This document shows positions 36,601 to 49,025 of a stretch of DNA of 64,000 bases, one piece after another; the first letter of the stretch is position 1, and each line of letters opens with the position of its first letter. Under the pieces are notes generated by a model that worked only from the letters and a program-made list of their open reading frames with translations, was not told the DNA's origin and ran no database searches. A program made the position numbers and the translations under genes. The DNA is from Curvularia clavata (lineage: Eukaryota): positions 3,286,001 through 3,350,000 of the forward strand of contig CP089274.1 of assembly GCA_023920165.1 (NCBI GenBank), read 5' to 3'.

Positions 36601-39600
36601 TAGCATCCACAGACGTAGATGCATGTCGCCGAGCCGAGTCATCATATTGGCGAATGCCTGACTTGGATGTGATTCAATCCTAGGCGTAGGAATATGACCG
36701 ATGCGGATGTAGTCTCTGAGCATGTCTGCAGCCGACATGATGTGCAGCAACTTTGCAATGGTCGACATGGACGATTGCACATGTTCATAATATAGGCAAT
36801 CGAACGGCGTGTCGTTATCGCGTATGAGCTGGAGGATCTTTACAACCATATCGTCAATGACTCGGTATCGAGTCAACAACTTATGTTGGCGATCAAGCGT
36901 TGGCAGCTCCTGGAAAGCTGAAGACCCAAGATCATCGACAAGAGCTTCAATGCTTCGCAGGAAGCATGATAGAACTTTGGAAGGGTAGTCAATGGTCTCG
37001 TACGCGACACGTAGCCTGTTCCATAGAGACAGCCGTACATTTACATTTGCAGAGTCAAGGAATTTGCGCATCTCCAGGACCGGAGACGATTGTCCAAGTT
37101 GCTTGTCTGCTGGCGAGTCCTCAATACTCATGGTAGGTGAACTACGTGTCTCAGGTGCACCTCCGTCAGAAACGGTCGGTTCGGCAGGCGTGCTAGAATC
37201 TCCAGCGTTTTCAGGTTCCAGGATTGGCTCCAGACTCTCTATTACCGTCACCGGATCCTGCTCGTCTTGATCGAAAACTTTAAGAAAAAAGTCCTTCATG
37301 CTGATGCGAACAAGCTCCCGATCAATGGCGGCAGTTGACAGCTCGGGCATCACCGCGTTGTTTTGCAGTTGAATCGTACGGTCGCCCAGGGGTTCGAACA
37401 TATTCTTCAACTCCGCCATAGCAGACAAAACATGCTCTGGCGCCACCTCATCGCTAACGCTCATTTGTGACACGGTAGCCCAGATATGGCGGAGAGCTAG
37501 ATCGTCCAGGTTTTGAGCTGGTAGACAGGCAGATCGCAATTGTATGACTTCTCGGGCGAGATTGGACCATCGTTCCAGCCGATCGCTCTGAAGGGTTCGC
37601 GTGTTGATATCTATCGTGCTATGTGGGTGCTTGATGAGGGAATAAATGTCCAAGTGCAGCTCAAAAAGGGCTTCCACTATTTCAATCTGTGCAACATCGA
37701 AACTAGACAGTTCGTAGTTGCGAGAGTGTTGAGTGGCGTTCAACATCCTGCGATTGAGCTTCTCCACACGGTCCAGCATACGTTCATAGATGAACTCATC
37801 AATGTGAACGATGACTTGTACAATATTTCGTTTGAGATCATCTGCCCATCTGAAGTGCAGATAGCTTGACTCTTCAGTAGGGCGAGATTCGGAGGGCAGA
37901 CATAATCCAGGAGAAAACAAGGCCTCAATCCAAGCGAAAGCAACCTCCTGGGTCGAGAGCCAAGCACTGTTCACATTTCGCGCAAAAGTATTCAGTCCCT
38001 CGCTACCTAAGACTGGCTTGGTGCAGGCTTGGCTTGAACTAGATTTAGAGAAACCCAAGAATGCATTCAAACCATGTTCTCTTGTTACTCCGAGTAGATC
38101 GAAGGACTCAGAGCTCAGAATTATCTGTCCGGTCTTCATATGCCCACTCCGAAGCGCAGTGAACATGTCGCAAGCTGCTTTGTCAATATGATCTGTGGGG
38201 TTGGCAGTGGACGCTTCTAGAAGTGCGGTGACGAGGTTTCGTAATTCAACAGGGTCTTTGATGCCTTCAACACCAAGTCTTGAGTAAATGTCCTTAACAA
38301 TCTCGTACAGGCATTGGTCCGCATGAGTATAGGGTTCTAGTTGGGCATCAAGCTGCTTGTTAGCTTCTTGTGCTGCACTTCCAGGGGCTGGCTCGGTAAT
38401 TGTGTCTCGTCCACGAATTCGTTTACTGCGTGAGCGACCTCCTTCTGCAGTTTCCGGCAGCCCAGCAGAATCCGTAGATCGCTTGCGTGACGGAGCTGGT
38501 GCGACTTCCAAGGGTACAGTTGTAGCAGTCTCGTCATTTTTGGAATCAGCTTCGACACTTTGTTCTTTCATGACGACATCATCGCCATCCTTTTCGGTTG
38601 CCGCAGCAGTGCTCTCCTCGGTTTGCGGCTGCGTTGCGTGCTCTGATGCCCCTGATACGACCTCCCGTGCGAGCTCAGTAGATTCGGGTTCGCGAGCGGG
38701 CTCTATTCGTTCTGGAGTCCCACTGTCGGGAGGTATGCTGAACACAATGTTTGAACCTGAAGGAACGCTGGGCGTCATGCCCTGTTGCTCCGCCTGAAAT
38801 TGTCGGAGGATAATCTCGCCTACGCTTGCCCAGTCCCATTTGGTCGGGCTCAGAGTAACGCTCTCTGGCCCAGACTTGACATTATGAAGGTTTTCGGCAA
38901 GGGCAACGTCGGCAGGAAGAGGCGCGAATGGAAATGGATTCAGCCTCTTCTTCAGCGTTTCTGATAACTTCTTCCGCTTCATCAACGACAGGGGTGCCTG
39001 TCGCAGAGACACATTGTCTTCCAACCGCTCAACAAGTTCACGCAACTGTTGGCCAGCGAATCCCTCTTCCAGGCCCGGTAGTTGCAGCAAATTCTCCCAC
39101 TGTTCATCGTTTCCATCAAGTACTGCTTCCAGACAATAGCGAGTGAGACGTTTACTTCCCAGCATCGCAGCCACCGAAGCAGCTCGCAGCCACAGGTCGA
39201 GATCGGTATCTTCCTTATCGAGCGCTTGGGCAAAGTAGTTTAGAGCACCACGAATATTGGTCCAGGCCTCGGTCTGGAGCGGCGGGCCGCCTTTTGCGAT
39301 CGCATGCTGCATAGCCTCGAGCAAGAACTGGCCATGGTTCTTGTATGATAGATGGAGGATCTGCTGGAGTGTATTTGGGGCGCTGTCGGCGGCGCCAGTA
39401 GACTGTACGGGACCCGCATCGTAGTCATCCTCCAGAATGGTATCGAATACCAGCTCATCGCCAAAGAGCTCGTGTCTTTGGTATTCGGAAAGAGATTCAG
39501 CGTATTTGAAGATATCAGAGTCGAAAAGTGCTTTGTACGCAGCGGCGGTCTTGTCAAAGGATGCGGGACCTTCGGAGTGGAGCTTCAGGGCGGTTTGGTA

Positions 39601-39785
39601 GAGCTTCAAGGCTTCTTCAATCTGAATCTCTTGCGTATCGTCGACTTCCTCCTCGGCTGTTTCCTCGGGAACCTCGACGTTGTATGGATGCCATAACGAA
39701 GCCTTCGACTGCGCCATGTCAGAGAAAATGAACGCACACAACTGCAGTTGTGGGAAGCGTGGATAGCGAGACTTGGGCTTACCAT
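33604..39785 (-). CDS. HIR3: Histone transcription regulator 3 (HIR complex subunit, CABIN1-like)
   Basis: ATG-only first exon 39783-39785, intron 39709-39782, then one very long exon. DDTQEIQIEEALKLYQTALKLH, WKPENERPGRHFVFTTRY, EPILEPHYKLVS. Confidence 0.92.
34414..34473 (-). repeat. Coding CAG/CAA microsatellite (Q16-L-Q3) in HIR3
   Basis: (CTG/TTG)n run on the + strand, in frame with HIR3. Confidence 0.95.
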
Positions 39786-40167
39786 GGTGAATGCTGTGGT
39801 TGGTTAGGAAAGGGTCGGAGAAGGCCTCAGGGCAATAAGAAAACTCGGCACAACATGTGCGGTAGGATCAATGGGCAGCAGGCAACCATGGGAGCGCTGC
39901 CGTTATGGAGGCAATGGATGAGGTGTGACGTGACGCGACGCGACAGTGAATTGGTGGAGGGCAGGGATGTGGAGGCTTGGCAACGGCGCACCTCCGCGAC
40001 GCAGCCTCCGTGCCTACCCTCCATGCAGACCAAGGACACGGAAATCTTGACACGCAAACTCCCGGAGCCCCAAGCGCACACGAAGCCCCTCGTCTGGCAT
40101 TCGCCCCGCCATCGTCCTCTCTTCACAGCTCCCCTGCCGCCCCGCACTGTGCGGCGCCAATTGAGCC

Positions 40168-42591
40168 ATGGTGACATCGCCAGCTGTTCCTGAGTATGTC
40201 ATTCATGCTTCGATTAGTCCCTCAATGCAACATCCATCTACATATGCGCCGCCTTCGGCCACCCTCTTGCCCCGTCCATACATATGCCCTTCACCGTCGC
40301 AGCGCATCCCTGTCTACGTGGCCTGTCTGACAATACTGCAGAATCTACGAAGACGAGCTCCACTCGGCCATCGAAGCGCGCTCAGAATCACTCCAGACGC
40401 TACGAGAATTAGGCCCGCCAGACCTGGTACACCTGATAAAACAGCCCATCAAGTCTGCAACAAAACAGGTCCGTATCACGTTAGCTGTGCGTGCATCGCT
40501 GTTGACATGTGATTAGATTGGTGTCTACCATCATGTTACTGGAATAGATGCATCCTCTTCCGCTAGCCTTGCAGCTTACATCAACACGCTTACATACTCT
40601 GCGCATGACAAGCAAAACAAAGTGGTCTCTGGGTTGTACTGGTAGGCTGGCACTAAGTCCTGGCGCAGTCAATCGCTGACCAAGCAGCTGCTACAATGCC
40701 TTCTCACGGCTCGACATGCGTGTCCAAGTCTACATTCCAGGAACCGTGGAAAGCTACTGCATTGACGAGCGCGGCGACAAACGAGTAGCCACCGACGAGC
40801 TCTGGCTGGAGACATACCTCTGTAGCGTGTTGCGCGCATATTCGTACGCCGACGATGGCTCAGGCGATACGATTAAGAAGATTGTAGGCGTACGGAGATT
40901 CAACCCCATCACAAGCACAGAGAGTGAGCATAGGTTTCTGGACGCTGCGGAGCGTCTCTTCTTCAATGGTGAGTTGGGCACTGGGCAATGGGGGAAAACT
41001 AGCTGATAGCATCCAGGCTGGCAACTGGGCTCCGACCCTGAGATCCAAGTCCCCAATCTTGTCTCCAACCACTTGACAACAGGCCTGCTCAATTACATTC
41101 ACACAACCGGCCGATATGCCTCTGGCATCAACCTCTTCGAAAAACTGCGGACTCGCGATCCCGAAATCTCTTCACTGCTCGCCCGCGTCTACATTGAAGC
41201 AGACGAGGAGGTCAAAGCCGTACAACTGTTGCATGACGCAATTCAGGAGCTACCCATGGACTACTCCTTGCTAGACTGCCAAGCCGACTTCTGCAACAAG
41301 AAGGGCCGTGGTGATCTCGCCCTCGAGATCGCTAAGAGGAGTGTTGTGTCCGCGCCCAGTGAATTTGGTACATGGGCGCGCTTGGCGGAAATATACGTTA
41401 GCCTCGAGCAGTGGGACCTTGCGCTCTTGACGCTCAACTCATGCCCAATGTTCACGTATCAAGACAAGGATGCTCCACGAATGCCGGAACCCCAAAGAGT
41501 CTTTCTGCCGGTCATGCCTGAAGCAATGTGCGATGAGATCGAAGATTCTAATGTGGACGACATGGAACTTGTGCACCCAACTCTGAGGAAACTCCACGCA
41601 GCCGGCTTCAAGGGCACTTTCCTAAAAGCTTACATTCTGCTCACAGAGATCACGAAGAAGATTGGCTGGGATCAACTGCTGAAGATAAGAAGCCAAGTCT
41701 TCGTCATGGAGGAAGAGTATCGCCACGAAAAGACTGTTCAGCAACCACATTCCCGCAGTGCAAGCACAACAGCTCTCCGAGCTCCGTCCCCTAATGCACA
41801 GGCCCAACAAATGAACGGCAGCGAACATGGTGAAGTCCAAGAACGTTCCTCTACAGACGGAGACAATACACAGAATGGTGAAAATTCCGCTGCTAATGCA
41901 GAAGCTGAACTTGAAAAGCCTGGTCATACAGTCGCCTCTGAAGTGGTAAAGGCTGGCAGTGAAGATCCTCACCTGCACGAAAACCAGAGTAACGGTAACT
42001 CTTCTCAACCAAACTACACACACTTCCAGAATAAGCGTCTATGTGAACGTTGGCTTGACAACCTCTTCATGGTATTGTACGAGGACCTGCGCGTATACAC
42101 AATATGGCGTACGGAAATGGCGCAATACCGACAGCAACAGTTGCTGTACAAGAAGAGCAGCGAGGAGTGGGAAATCTTAGGTGAACTGGCCGAGAGATTG
42201 CACCACACCGAAGAGGCTGTAGAGGCATATGAAAATTGTCTGCAAATCAAGTTCTCTCCCAAGGCAATGAAGGGCGTGCTCAAACTGGGCGAGGAACGGA
42301 AACAAGTCAGAGATGTCACGGCAGCGTTGATTCGGCTGATTACATGGCAGTACCGCTGGTACTCCGAGGTGCGTTTTCTTGAGGGCAGTCGCTTGAAACC
42401 TCAGTCACTAATATGTTTGACAGTTCTCGCCAGCCCTCCTCTACACCATCCGTAAACTCATCGAAGAGGAAGGTGCAGTCAAGATTCGCAGCATCGTCCA
42501 GGGAACTTCACTACCCCAGCACGTTCTCGACCTGACTCACCAGTATGCTGCCTTGTGCGCTGCTTTCAGGAGCAGTGGCAGCGATGGCTAG
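40168..42591 (+). CDS. BCH1: ChAPs family (Chs5-Arf1-binding) exomer cargo adaptor, Bch1/Bud7-like
   Basis: Exons 40168-40193, 40342-40468, 40517-40641, 40688-40968, 41017-42368, 42424-42591. LRELGPPDLVHL, GIDASSSASLAAY, YCCYNAFSRLDMRV, ALLTLNSCPM, KRLCERWLDNLFMVLYEDLR. Confidence 0.93.
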
Positions 42592-43048
42592 TAACTTTCA
42601 TCTCTCAGCCTCTGCAGATATACGAATAATAGCCTGCCATCATTCCAAGTTAGTGCATTGATGGTGTTATCATTTCTTCGCATGGGAAGCGCATTTAAAC
42701 CGTGTCGTATACATTCTAGTCACAGCAGCATTACTGATGCCTAATCGATTGAGTTTGAGTTGGCATTCACTGTGTCCCTACTTCTTCACTGCACATGTGG
42801 CGAGTGCTCCTCACTCCATAGACCGTGTTGTGTTTCCGTGTTCTTGCAACCAATGTATTCATTTTTATCGTCACAAGCCGCGGGATCGTATCAGGCAGCC
42901 ATTGCGTGCCATGTCACGTAACCTCGTCCTTGAGGAGTAGATAGTAGACAGTAGAAGACCCCTTGAAAAAGCCCAGGATGAACACCGCTCCATGCTCCCC
43001 CGTACACCCATCTCTCTCTTTCTCCTCCACCAGCAAGCCAGAAACCGC

Positions 43049-43704
43049 TTAACGGTAAGACTTCTGGTACCTGGCGCGGGCACCTGGACCACCGAACTTC
43101 TTGGGTTCGCACCGCCTGTTGTCGGCAACGAGAAGTGTGCGGTCGTACTGGATGAGGGCCTGCTTGAGCTGGTTCTTGGAGTGCTCGTCGACGTACTTTT
43201 GGTAGTAGGCGATGATGGATTTGGCAATGGCTTGGCGGATGGCGTAGACTTGCGAGGTGTGACCACCACCGGAGACGCGAACGCGGATGTCGACGTCGGC
43301 TACCAACGACAGTTAGCTTTCCTTATTCCCCTTGTGTTCTGATTTCTTCCAATGCTTTTTGCAGCATTCGTGTGTGTGTGCGTACCGAACTTGTCAACAC
43401 CCAGGATCAGGATGGGCTCGTAGACCTTGAATCGCAGGATCTCGGGCTGGATGAGGGAAAGAGGCTTTCCGTTAACCTTGATGAGACCCTTTCCGGCCTA
43501 AACATTCATAGTAAGTATCGTGCTCGATTTTGCGCGTTCGATCGGTAGGCAGTGCGTGTGTACCTTGCAGTGGGCGACAGCTGTGGGAGACAATGTTAGC
43601 CATGTGCGACATGTTCAGAAAACGCTCCACGGGCGTCGAGGGAGTGCTATCGTACCAGTCGCAGTCTTCTTCTTGCCGAAGCATTGCACACTCTGGGAGG
43701 CCAT
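43049..43704 (-). CDS. RPS16: 40S ribosomal protein S16 (uS9)
   Basis: Exons 43656-43704, 43564-43580, 43386-43497, 43049-43299. [44 protein letters not shown]. Confidence 0.98.
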
Positions 43705-44048
43705 TTTGGGCGACTGTGGGATGTGCGTGCGGTTAGTACTGGGTGGGCGTCGTCGGTTTTGCGGTCGTCGTGGAGTTGAAGTTCGTCCAAGCCATCAGCG
43801 AATATTCAGTGGGCGTCCGTGCGCGCCCCGATCCCTGTAAGCGACTAGCGTTCTCAGTGGCTAGCACGCTCTGAGGCATGTCCAAATCCCAACTGGAGAC
43901 GTTCTTTGCCACGATGCGTGACTCTGGAGGCCTCGAAAACATTGTTGGGTGCGATACGTGACGCTGGAGCGATGAACTCTTGACGTTTTCATCGACGATT
44001 GAGAATTTTCTTTAGCAAACCCTGCATGGTGCATCGTACCTTTTCAAC

Positions 44049-45095
44049 ATGCCTCACCAAATGTATGTGTTCGGTAGCAATGGGGAAGGCCAACTTGGAA
44101 TACCTGCTGCAGAAATCGTCAACATCCCCACCGAGGCTACCAGTACACTTCCGCTAGAAGATGTTACTGCAATACGAGGGGGTGACAATCATACGCTGTT
44201 TCTGTGCAAGGATGGAGCCGTCTATGGAGTAGGCGACAATCGCAAAGGCCAATTAGGCTCACTGGGCAAAGAACCTCGAATCCAAGCTTTTCAGAGATTA
44301 TATGAAAACGCTTCGTTCATTACGGCAAGTTGCGAATCTTCAGCATATGTGACGAAAGACGAGTTCGGGCAGAACTATATTTACACTGAAGGTACTGGCC
44401 AATGGGGTGAACTTGGTCATGAAGAGCAGACCGGTCCTATGGCGTCCACTCGCATCTCTACATCGTTTCCCGGTACGATCGTAGATTTTGCTGCAGGTGT
44501 TTGGCACTATGTGGCCATTCTCGACAATGGCTCGGTCTATGGCTGGGGCAAAGCCCGCCTAGGTCAACTTGGCAACAACCTTACTGGAAAGGTCACAGCT
44601 CCGACGGAAATCGGGGGCATCCCGTTCCAACCAGTCAAGACCGTCTGCGGGAAGGACTTTACATATATTGTTGGAGAGCCGTCTCGTGGAGAGCACATCT
44701 TGCTCGGCAAAGACAAGTTCAACATCATCTCAAACATGCCTGAAAACATCAAGTGTTGGAAAGATGTTGGTGCGACATGGCATGCCATATTTGTACTGTT
44801 CGACGATGGGACACTCACTGCATGGGGAAAAGAAAACATGTGGAATTTATTACCGCCAAATCTACCCCGCCTGGACAAGATTGCTGTTGGCTCAGACCAT
44901 GTGCTTGCGGTAACAGTGGATGGTAAATTGATCTCCTGGGGCTGGGGCAAACACGGAAACTGCGGCGATCTCACGGAGATCAAGGACGATATCAAAAACG
45001 ACATGATCAGTGGCTTTTGGAACGAGATTGAGATACCCGGTGAAATAGATATGATTGGGGCTGGCTTTTGCACCAGCTTCGCCATTACGAAATAA
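44049..45095 (+). CDS. ATS1: RCC1-repeat protein, Ats1/Kti13-like
   Basis: Single exon. FGSNGEGQLG, GDNRKGQLG, GWGKARLGQLG, AVGSDH, SWGWGKHGNCG. Length and terminal motifs fit Kti13; orthology is inferred. Confidence 0.8.
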   Translation: MPHQMYVFGSNGEGQLGIPAAEIVNIPTEATSTLPLEDVTAIRGGDNHTLFLCKDGAVYGVGDNRKGQLGSLGKEPRIQAFQRLYENASFITASCESSAYVTKDEFGQNYIYTEGTGQWGELGHEEQTGPMASTRISTSFPGTIVDFAAGVWHYVAILDNGSVYGWGKARLGQLGNNLTGKVTAPTEIGGIPFQPVKTVCGKDFTYIVGEPSRGEHILLGKDKFNIISNMPENIKCWKDVGATWHAIFVLFDDGTLTAWGKENMWNLLPPNLPRLDKIAVGSDHVLAVTVDGKLISWGWGKHGNCGDLTEIKDDIKNDMISGFWNEIEIPGEIDMIGAGFCTSFAITK

Positions 45096-45284
45096 GTTAC
45101 CTGTTAATGAAAAATTATAAAGTAGATGTATGCTGTATTTTTGTAAACTCCATTAAACAAAAGTAGCGATAGACTGATATCTCTAATATTACAGCGAATG
45201 TACCCCTTCTTTATAATCCAAACATACCAAATCTTTCTATATGGCGGATCTACTCCAAGATTCTCTAAGAAGTCTTGACGACAG

Positions 45285-48200
45285 TCACCAAGGCTTCTCT
45301 CTAACCAAACTCCACTCCGCAACTGTAGGACCATCCGTCGCATTCTCCGCAAACTGATTTCCCTTCACACCGAGATGCGCGTACCTTCCGCTCCACACGC
45401 TCTCCTCTAACGTAACGTTCGTTTGGTTGCCGACATAAGGTTTGATCACATACGCCGTCACTGGATCCCACGGCGCACTAATCTCTATATCGCCAGCCGT
45501 CACCTTCCTCACATCATCTGCCAAGTCACCCGAAAACGGTGGGAGCGTTGTGTTGGAAAAATAGATTTCGAAATGGGCTGGTGGCTGGTTTGCCCAGTCC
45601 ATTATGACCTCGTTGACGGGATAAAAGGCTGAGTCTCCAAGGTCAACAGTGAGATAGCTGGTAGTGTTTGCAAGCTCGGGCTGCCATTTCGTACTTGCAG
45701 CACCATCGATAGCAGCAATTGGAAATTGCCCGGGCTTGTTGCCTTGGGGTGGCGGAAGGAGGGACTTGCACTGGAGAATGTTTCCGCCGACTGTGAGGAT
45801 CTCGGCCATGGGGCGGTTGCGTATCACGAGCGGCTCGTCCCCAAGCTCATGCACGGTAACATTGCGGCCACTGCGAGTACCAATTGTGACTGGGATGGGT
45901 TTGTCGAAGTAAGTCGCGTTTGCTGAGGGAAGTGTGTACTTGTCTCGTGGCAAGCGCGCTAGTGTGGTATGTGTCGAGTTCGATGTAGCATTGATACCAT
46001 GACCCATCCAGTAGAAGGTGCGGTAGTTCAGGTAAGGGATCTGCGGTGGCAGAGTGGGATCAATATCTAGTCTGTCGTAATACAAGCCAAGGCCAAGGTA
46101 GCCAAAAATGGCGACGCGATTCGTTCCGCCCATACCAGTCAAGAAAGGGAATGCAGGGTGCGTCCCTCCATTCTCTTCGACGTTGTCGATCAGTTGTTCA
46201 GAATATTGGTACCATGGTGCGCGGAGGTAGGGTGAAGACGAATAAACATCATAAGTAAAACTCGAGCACCCAGATGGCGAGACCTCGTTGGCTACGACAG
46301 CAAAGGACGAATAGGTCATTGCAGGACCATCGAGGGATTGCTTCGCTGCATAGAAGTCCAAATTGGACAGGCTGTACGGATTTGGGTAGTGCAGCAGGTC
46401 GTCTATAAGGACCACATCCGCTTGCTTGACTGCTACCGATCCGTTCATTCCAGTGTATTCGACAACGATACCAGCATGGTCATTGACAGGAAGCCGCATT
46501 TTCGAGGCCTTCTCATTCCAGCTAGCATTTTGACTGCGACCAAACCAAGCATTAAACTCATTCGTCTCTAAGAAATGCTTCTGGATCAGGGCAGTAGTAA
46601 ATCCAACATTGTTGACTTGATTAGCATACTCGTCCGGATCAGTCGCATTCCAGAGCTCCCAACCCCCAGAGGTCTCATTGAAGTCCAGAACTTGACCAAA
46701 GAAATGTGCGATAGCGTTAGATATCGGCAACAAGGTGTCGTTAAAGTATTCACCATCGCCGGTAATGATAAGGTGGTTGTTGAAAGCCAAGCTCATATCA
46801 CCGTTGAGATGATACTCATAGTCAAAGCACGCGCCAGTGCCTGTGCAGTTCCCAAATCTTGCGCTCGTCCAAGGATACACAGCGCCTCCAGGGGTAAATC
46901 GGCTGGTTTGGTTCTTACTTGAGGTGAAGGCCGTCTCGACATTTCGCTGCGCTTGCTCAAAATGGTCCGCGTGATATTTGATGACATTTTGTGCATGCTG
47001 GGGATGCGATACTTGGATTCCGGGGGCCATCCAGACTGTCGCGTCCCAGAAGATCATGCCGCCATAGCAATCGGAGCCAAGACCGCAAACAGGAATACTG
47101 TAGATATCGAGTTTTGTATTATTTCCGGCTGCAGCCACAGCATTGGGGCCGACCATGTTTGAAAGAAGATAAAAAGGATTTGTACGGGCCAGAATGTGTA
47201 GTTGCTGCACATCTGGATCCGCTGGCAGAGACCCGTTCGGCAAATGGTAGTCGTCCACGGCGTCTGGTGTCAGGATAGACTCCCATTCCTGGATATGGGA
47301 CCGCACAAGATCATAGTAACCTTCTTTGGCGCCTGACAGCGAAGCGTTTCGAGCGATGTCCTGTGGATCAGGGAAAGCATCGGTAGAAGCCACCCCAATG
47401 AACTTGGCGATTTCGGTTGGCCGGAATGCAGTAAGCTCCATTGGTACAGACTGCGCAATGGTCGACTCGTTGCCACTGCTGAAGACACCATCCGGTACCT
47501 GGCTACGGGCATTGAGGTCGACCCAGTCGCTAGCGCCCAAAGTGGAATATACGTACGCCGTAACGTTGGTAATGTTTCCTGGCCTCACGGCGGACCAGAT
47601 AGTCGGGGTGTCTTGTTCAAACTTCTTTTCGACAAAGTCCGAGCGCACGGCGCAATCTCCATCCAAAACATCGTACACGGTCACGTTATGATCTCGAGTA
47701 GATGTAAGCCGTAGTCTGACCGCCGCTTTGTTGACGTAGAGCTTGTGAACGAAAAGCTGATAGTCGACGTCGATGGTTCCATCCCCGAAGCCACCTGGTT
47801 TCCAGTTGTATCGCCAACTCGCAATACCAGCTTTTACATCCAGGCTTGAGACGAAATCGGAGATGTGATCGGGATTGACAGATGCATTCAAGAACTCGCC
47901 ATCCGCCTCAACGATCAGGCCGCTCCAATGTGGTATACCTGCAATGAAGCTTTCCCATCCGTACTGATACAGCCAGGGATAATTTGATCCATTTGTTCGT
48001 GGTTGGCTATTCCAGAAGCCCGCAATGGTTGAGAAAGCTTGTCGCCGGCTGAAAAGCGGCCATCCACTTATGACATCGCCATCAACGGGTTCATCCACCT
48101 CGAAGAAGGGCCCCGCAGCGGCAACGTTTATACCAAAGTAGCCATTTGCGAGCGTCAGGCGGGATTGGTAATGACCTTGGTCCAGAGCATGCGTTGAAAT

Positions 48201-48326
48201 CACAGAGTTGTCGTCATCCCATGTTACATGCTTAAATTGGTCTTGCTCGCTGCTCGTGGAGCCCAGTGCTAGATGTGCTGACGTTAGGAAGCCGACTGTG
48301 GCTCCAAGGAACCAATTTGACCACAT
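45285..48326 (-). CDS. ATH1: Secreted/cell-wall acid trehalase, glycoside hydrolase family 65
   Basis: Signal peptide, LANGYFG, YGGMIFWDA.VWM, DYEYHLNGD, TDPDEYAN, VKQADVVL, DGPAMT, HPAFPFLTG.GG, many N-glycosylation sequons. Confidence 0.95.
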   Translation of the reverse strand: MWSNWFLGATVGFLTSAHLALGSTSSEQDQFKHVTWDDDNSVISTHALDQGHYQSRLTLANGYFGINVAAAGPFFEVDEPVDGDVISGWPLFSRRQAFSTIAGFWNSQPRTNGSNYPWLYQYGWESFIAGIPHWSGLIVEADGEFLNASVNPDHISDFVSSLDVKAGIASWRYNWKPGGFGDGTIDVDYQLFVHKLYVNKAAVRLRLTSTRDHNVTVYDVLDGDCAVRSDFVEKKFEQDTPTIWSAVRPGNITNVTAYVYSTLGASDWVDLNARSQVPDGVFSSGNESTIAQSVPMELTAFRPTEIAKFIGVASTDAFPDPQDIARNASLSGAKEGYYDLVRSHIQEWESILTPDAVDDYHLPNGSLPADPDVQQLHILARTNPFYLLSNMVGPNAVAAAGNNTKLDIYSIPVCGLGSDCYGGMIFWDATVWMAPGIQVSHPQHAQNVIKYHADHFEQAQRNVETAFTSSKNQTSRFTPGGAVYPWTSARFGNCTGTGACFDYEYHLNGDMSLAFNNHLIITGDGEYFNDTLLPISNAIAHFFGQVLDFNETSGGWELWNATDPDEYANQVNNVGFTTALIQKHFLETNEFNAWFGRSQNASWNEKASKMRLPVNDHAGIVVEYTGMNGSVAVKQADVVLIDDLLHYPNPYSLSNLDFYAAKQSLDGPAMTYSSFAVVANEVSPSGCSSFTYDVYSSSPYLRAPWYQYSEQLIDNVEENGGTHPAFPFLTGMGGTNRVAIFGYLGLGLYYDRLDIDPTLPPQIPYLNYRTFYWMGHGINATSNSTHTTLARLPRDKYTLPSANATYFDKPIPVTIGTRSGRNVTVHELGDEPLVIRNRPMAEILTVGGNILQCKSLLPPPQGNKPGQFPIAAIDGAASTKWQPELANTTSYLTVDLGDSAFYPVNEVIMDWANQPPAHFEIYFSNTTLPPFSGDLADDVRKVTAGDIEISAPWDPVTAYVIKPYVGNQTNVTLEESVWSGRYAHLGVKGNQFAENATDGPTVAEWSLVREKPW

Positions 48327-48748
48327 CTTTTGGACGATCGAAGAGAAAATAAAATTCGCGACATAGGCTCCAACTTTCCAGACACGCCGGCCTTAAAAAG
48401 CAGAGTACGAAGCCATGACGACGATCCATGCAGTTGACCAGTGCCACCCATGGGGCTTTAGCCGTTCGCTTTCTTTTCCATTCCGTACACCGCTAGCCAT
48501 GTGCTGAGCGACCCGATAGCTTGTCATGCGGACGCTACCCGATTATGCTTTTTGGTCACCGCTAGGGCCTTTTTAGTGCAACCTGGTATTCATCTGGACC
48601 TTGTGTCCATCAGAAGACCTCAGGATTGACAAGGAGACAAAGGACGAATTCGAAACCTGGCGCCCAAGAAGAAGAGACTGGAAAGCCAAATGACATGTCG
48701 GCGTTTGGTAGGGTAGGCCACAGGACTGCCATCGAGATCGTGCGCTGC

Positions 48749-48756
48749 TGACGTCA
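48749..48756. promoter_or_regulatory. Perfect CRE palindrome TGACGTCA (ATF/CREB bZIP site) in the divergent ATH1/HET promoter
   Basis: Exact 8-bp palindrome. Function is inferred only. Confidence 0.3.
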
Positions 48757-49025
48757 TGTGGCTGTCGCCGGATGTACCACATAAAGAAACGCAGAGCCTT
48801 GCTGCCATTAGAAATCGGACGGAGATGTATTACTGTTACCTGTCGCTCAAAGCCCGAACATGGTGTTGCAAAGATTTGGGTGTTGTTGGCTGTGTTCCGT
48901 GTTTCCAGCTTCACGCTTTGACGGCCTCATGTCTCAGCCGCAACACGTGTGAGTGCTGACTAGCACCCAAACTCAACCTGTCGTCCGAGGAGCTGAACCA
49001 AGGCACCCCAACCTCTCCCTTTGCT

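Noticed and set aside
43705..43745. Acceptor-like CTAAC..CAG just upstream of the RPS16 ATG
   Set aside because: No convincing donor site at a plausible distance upstream.
45237..45290. TGA-CTG readthrough-like context at the ATH1 stop
   Set aside because: The extension (LSSRLLRESWSRSAI) has no PTS1 or other signal, and the protein is predicted to be secreted.
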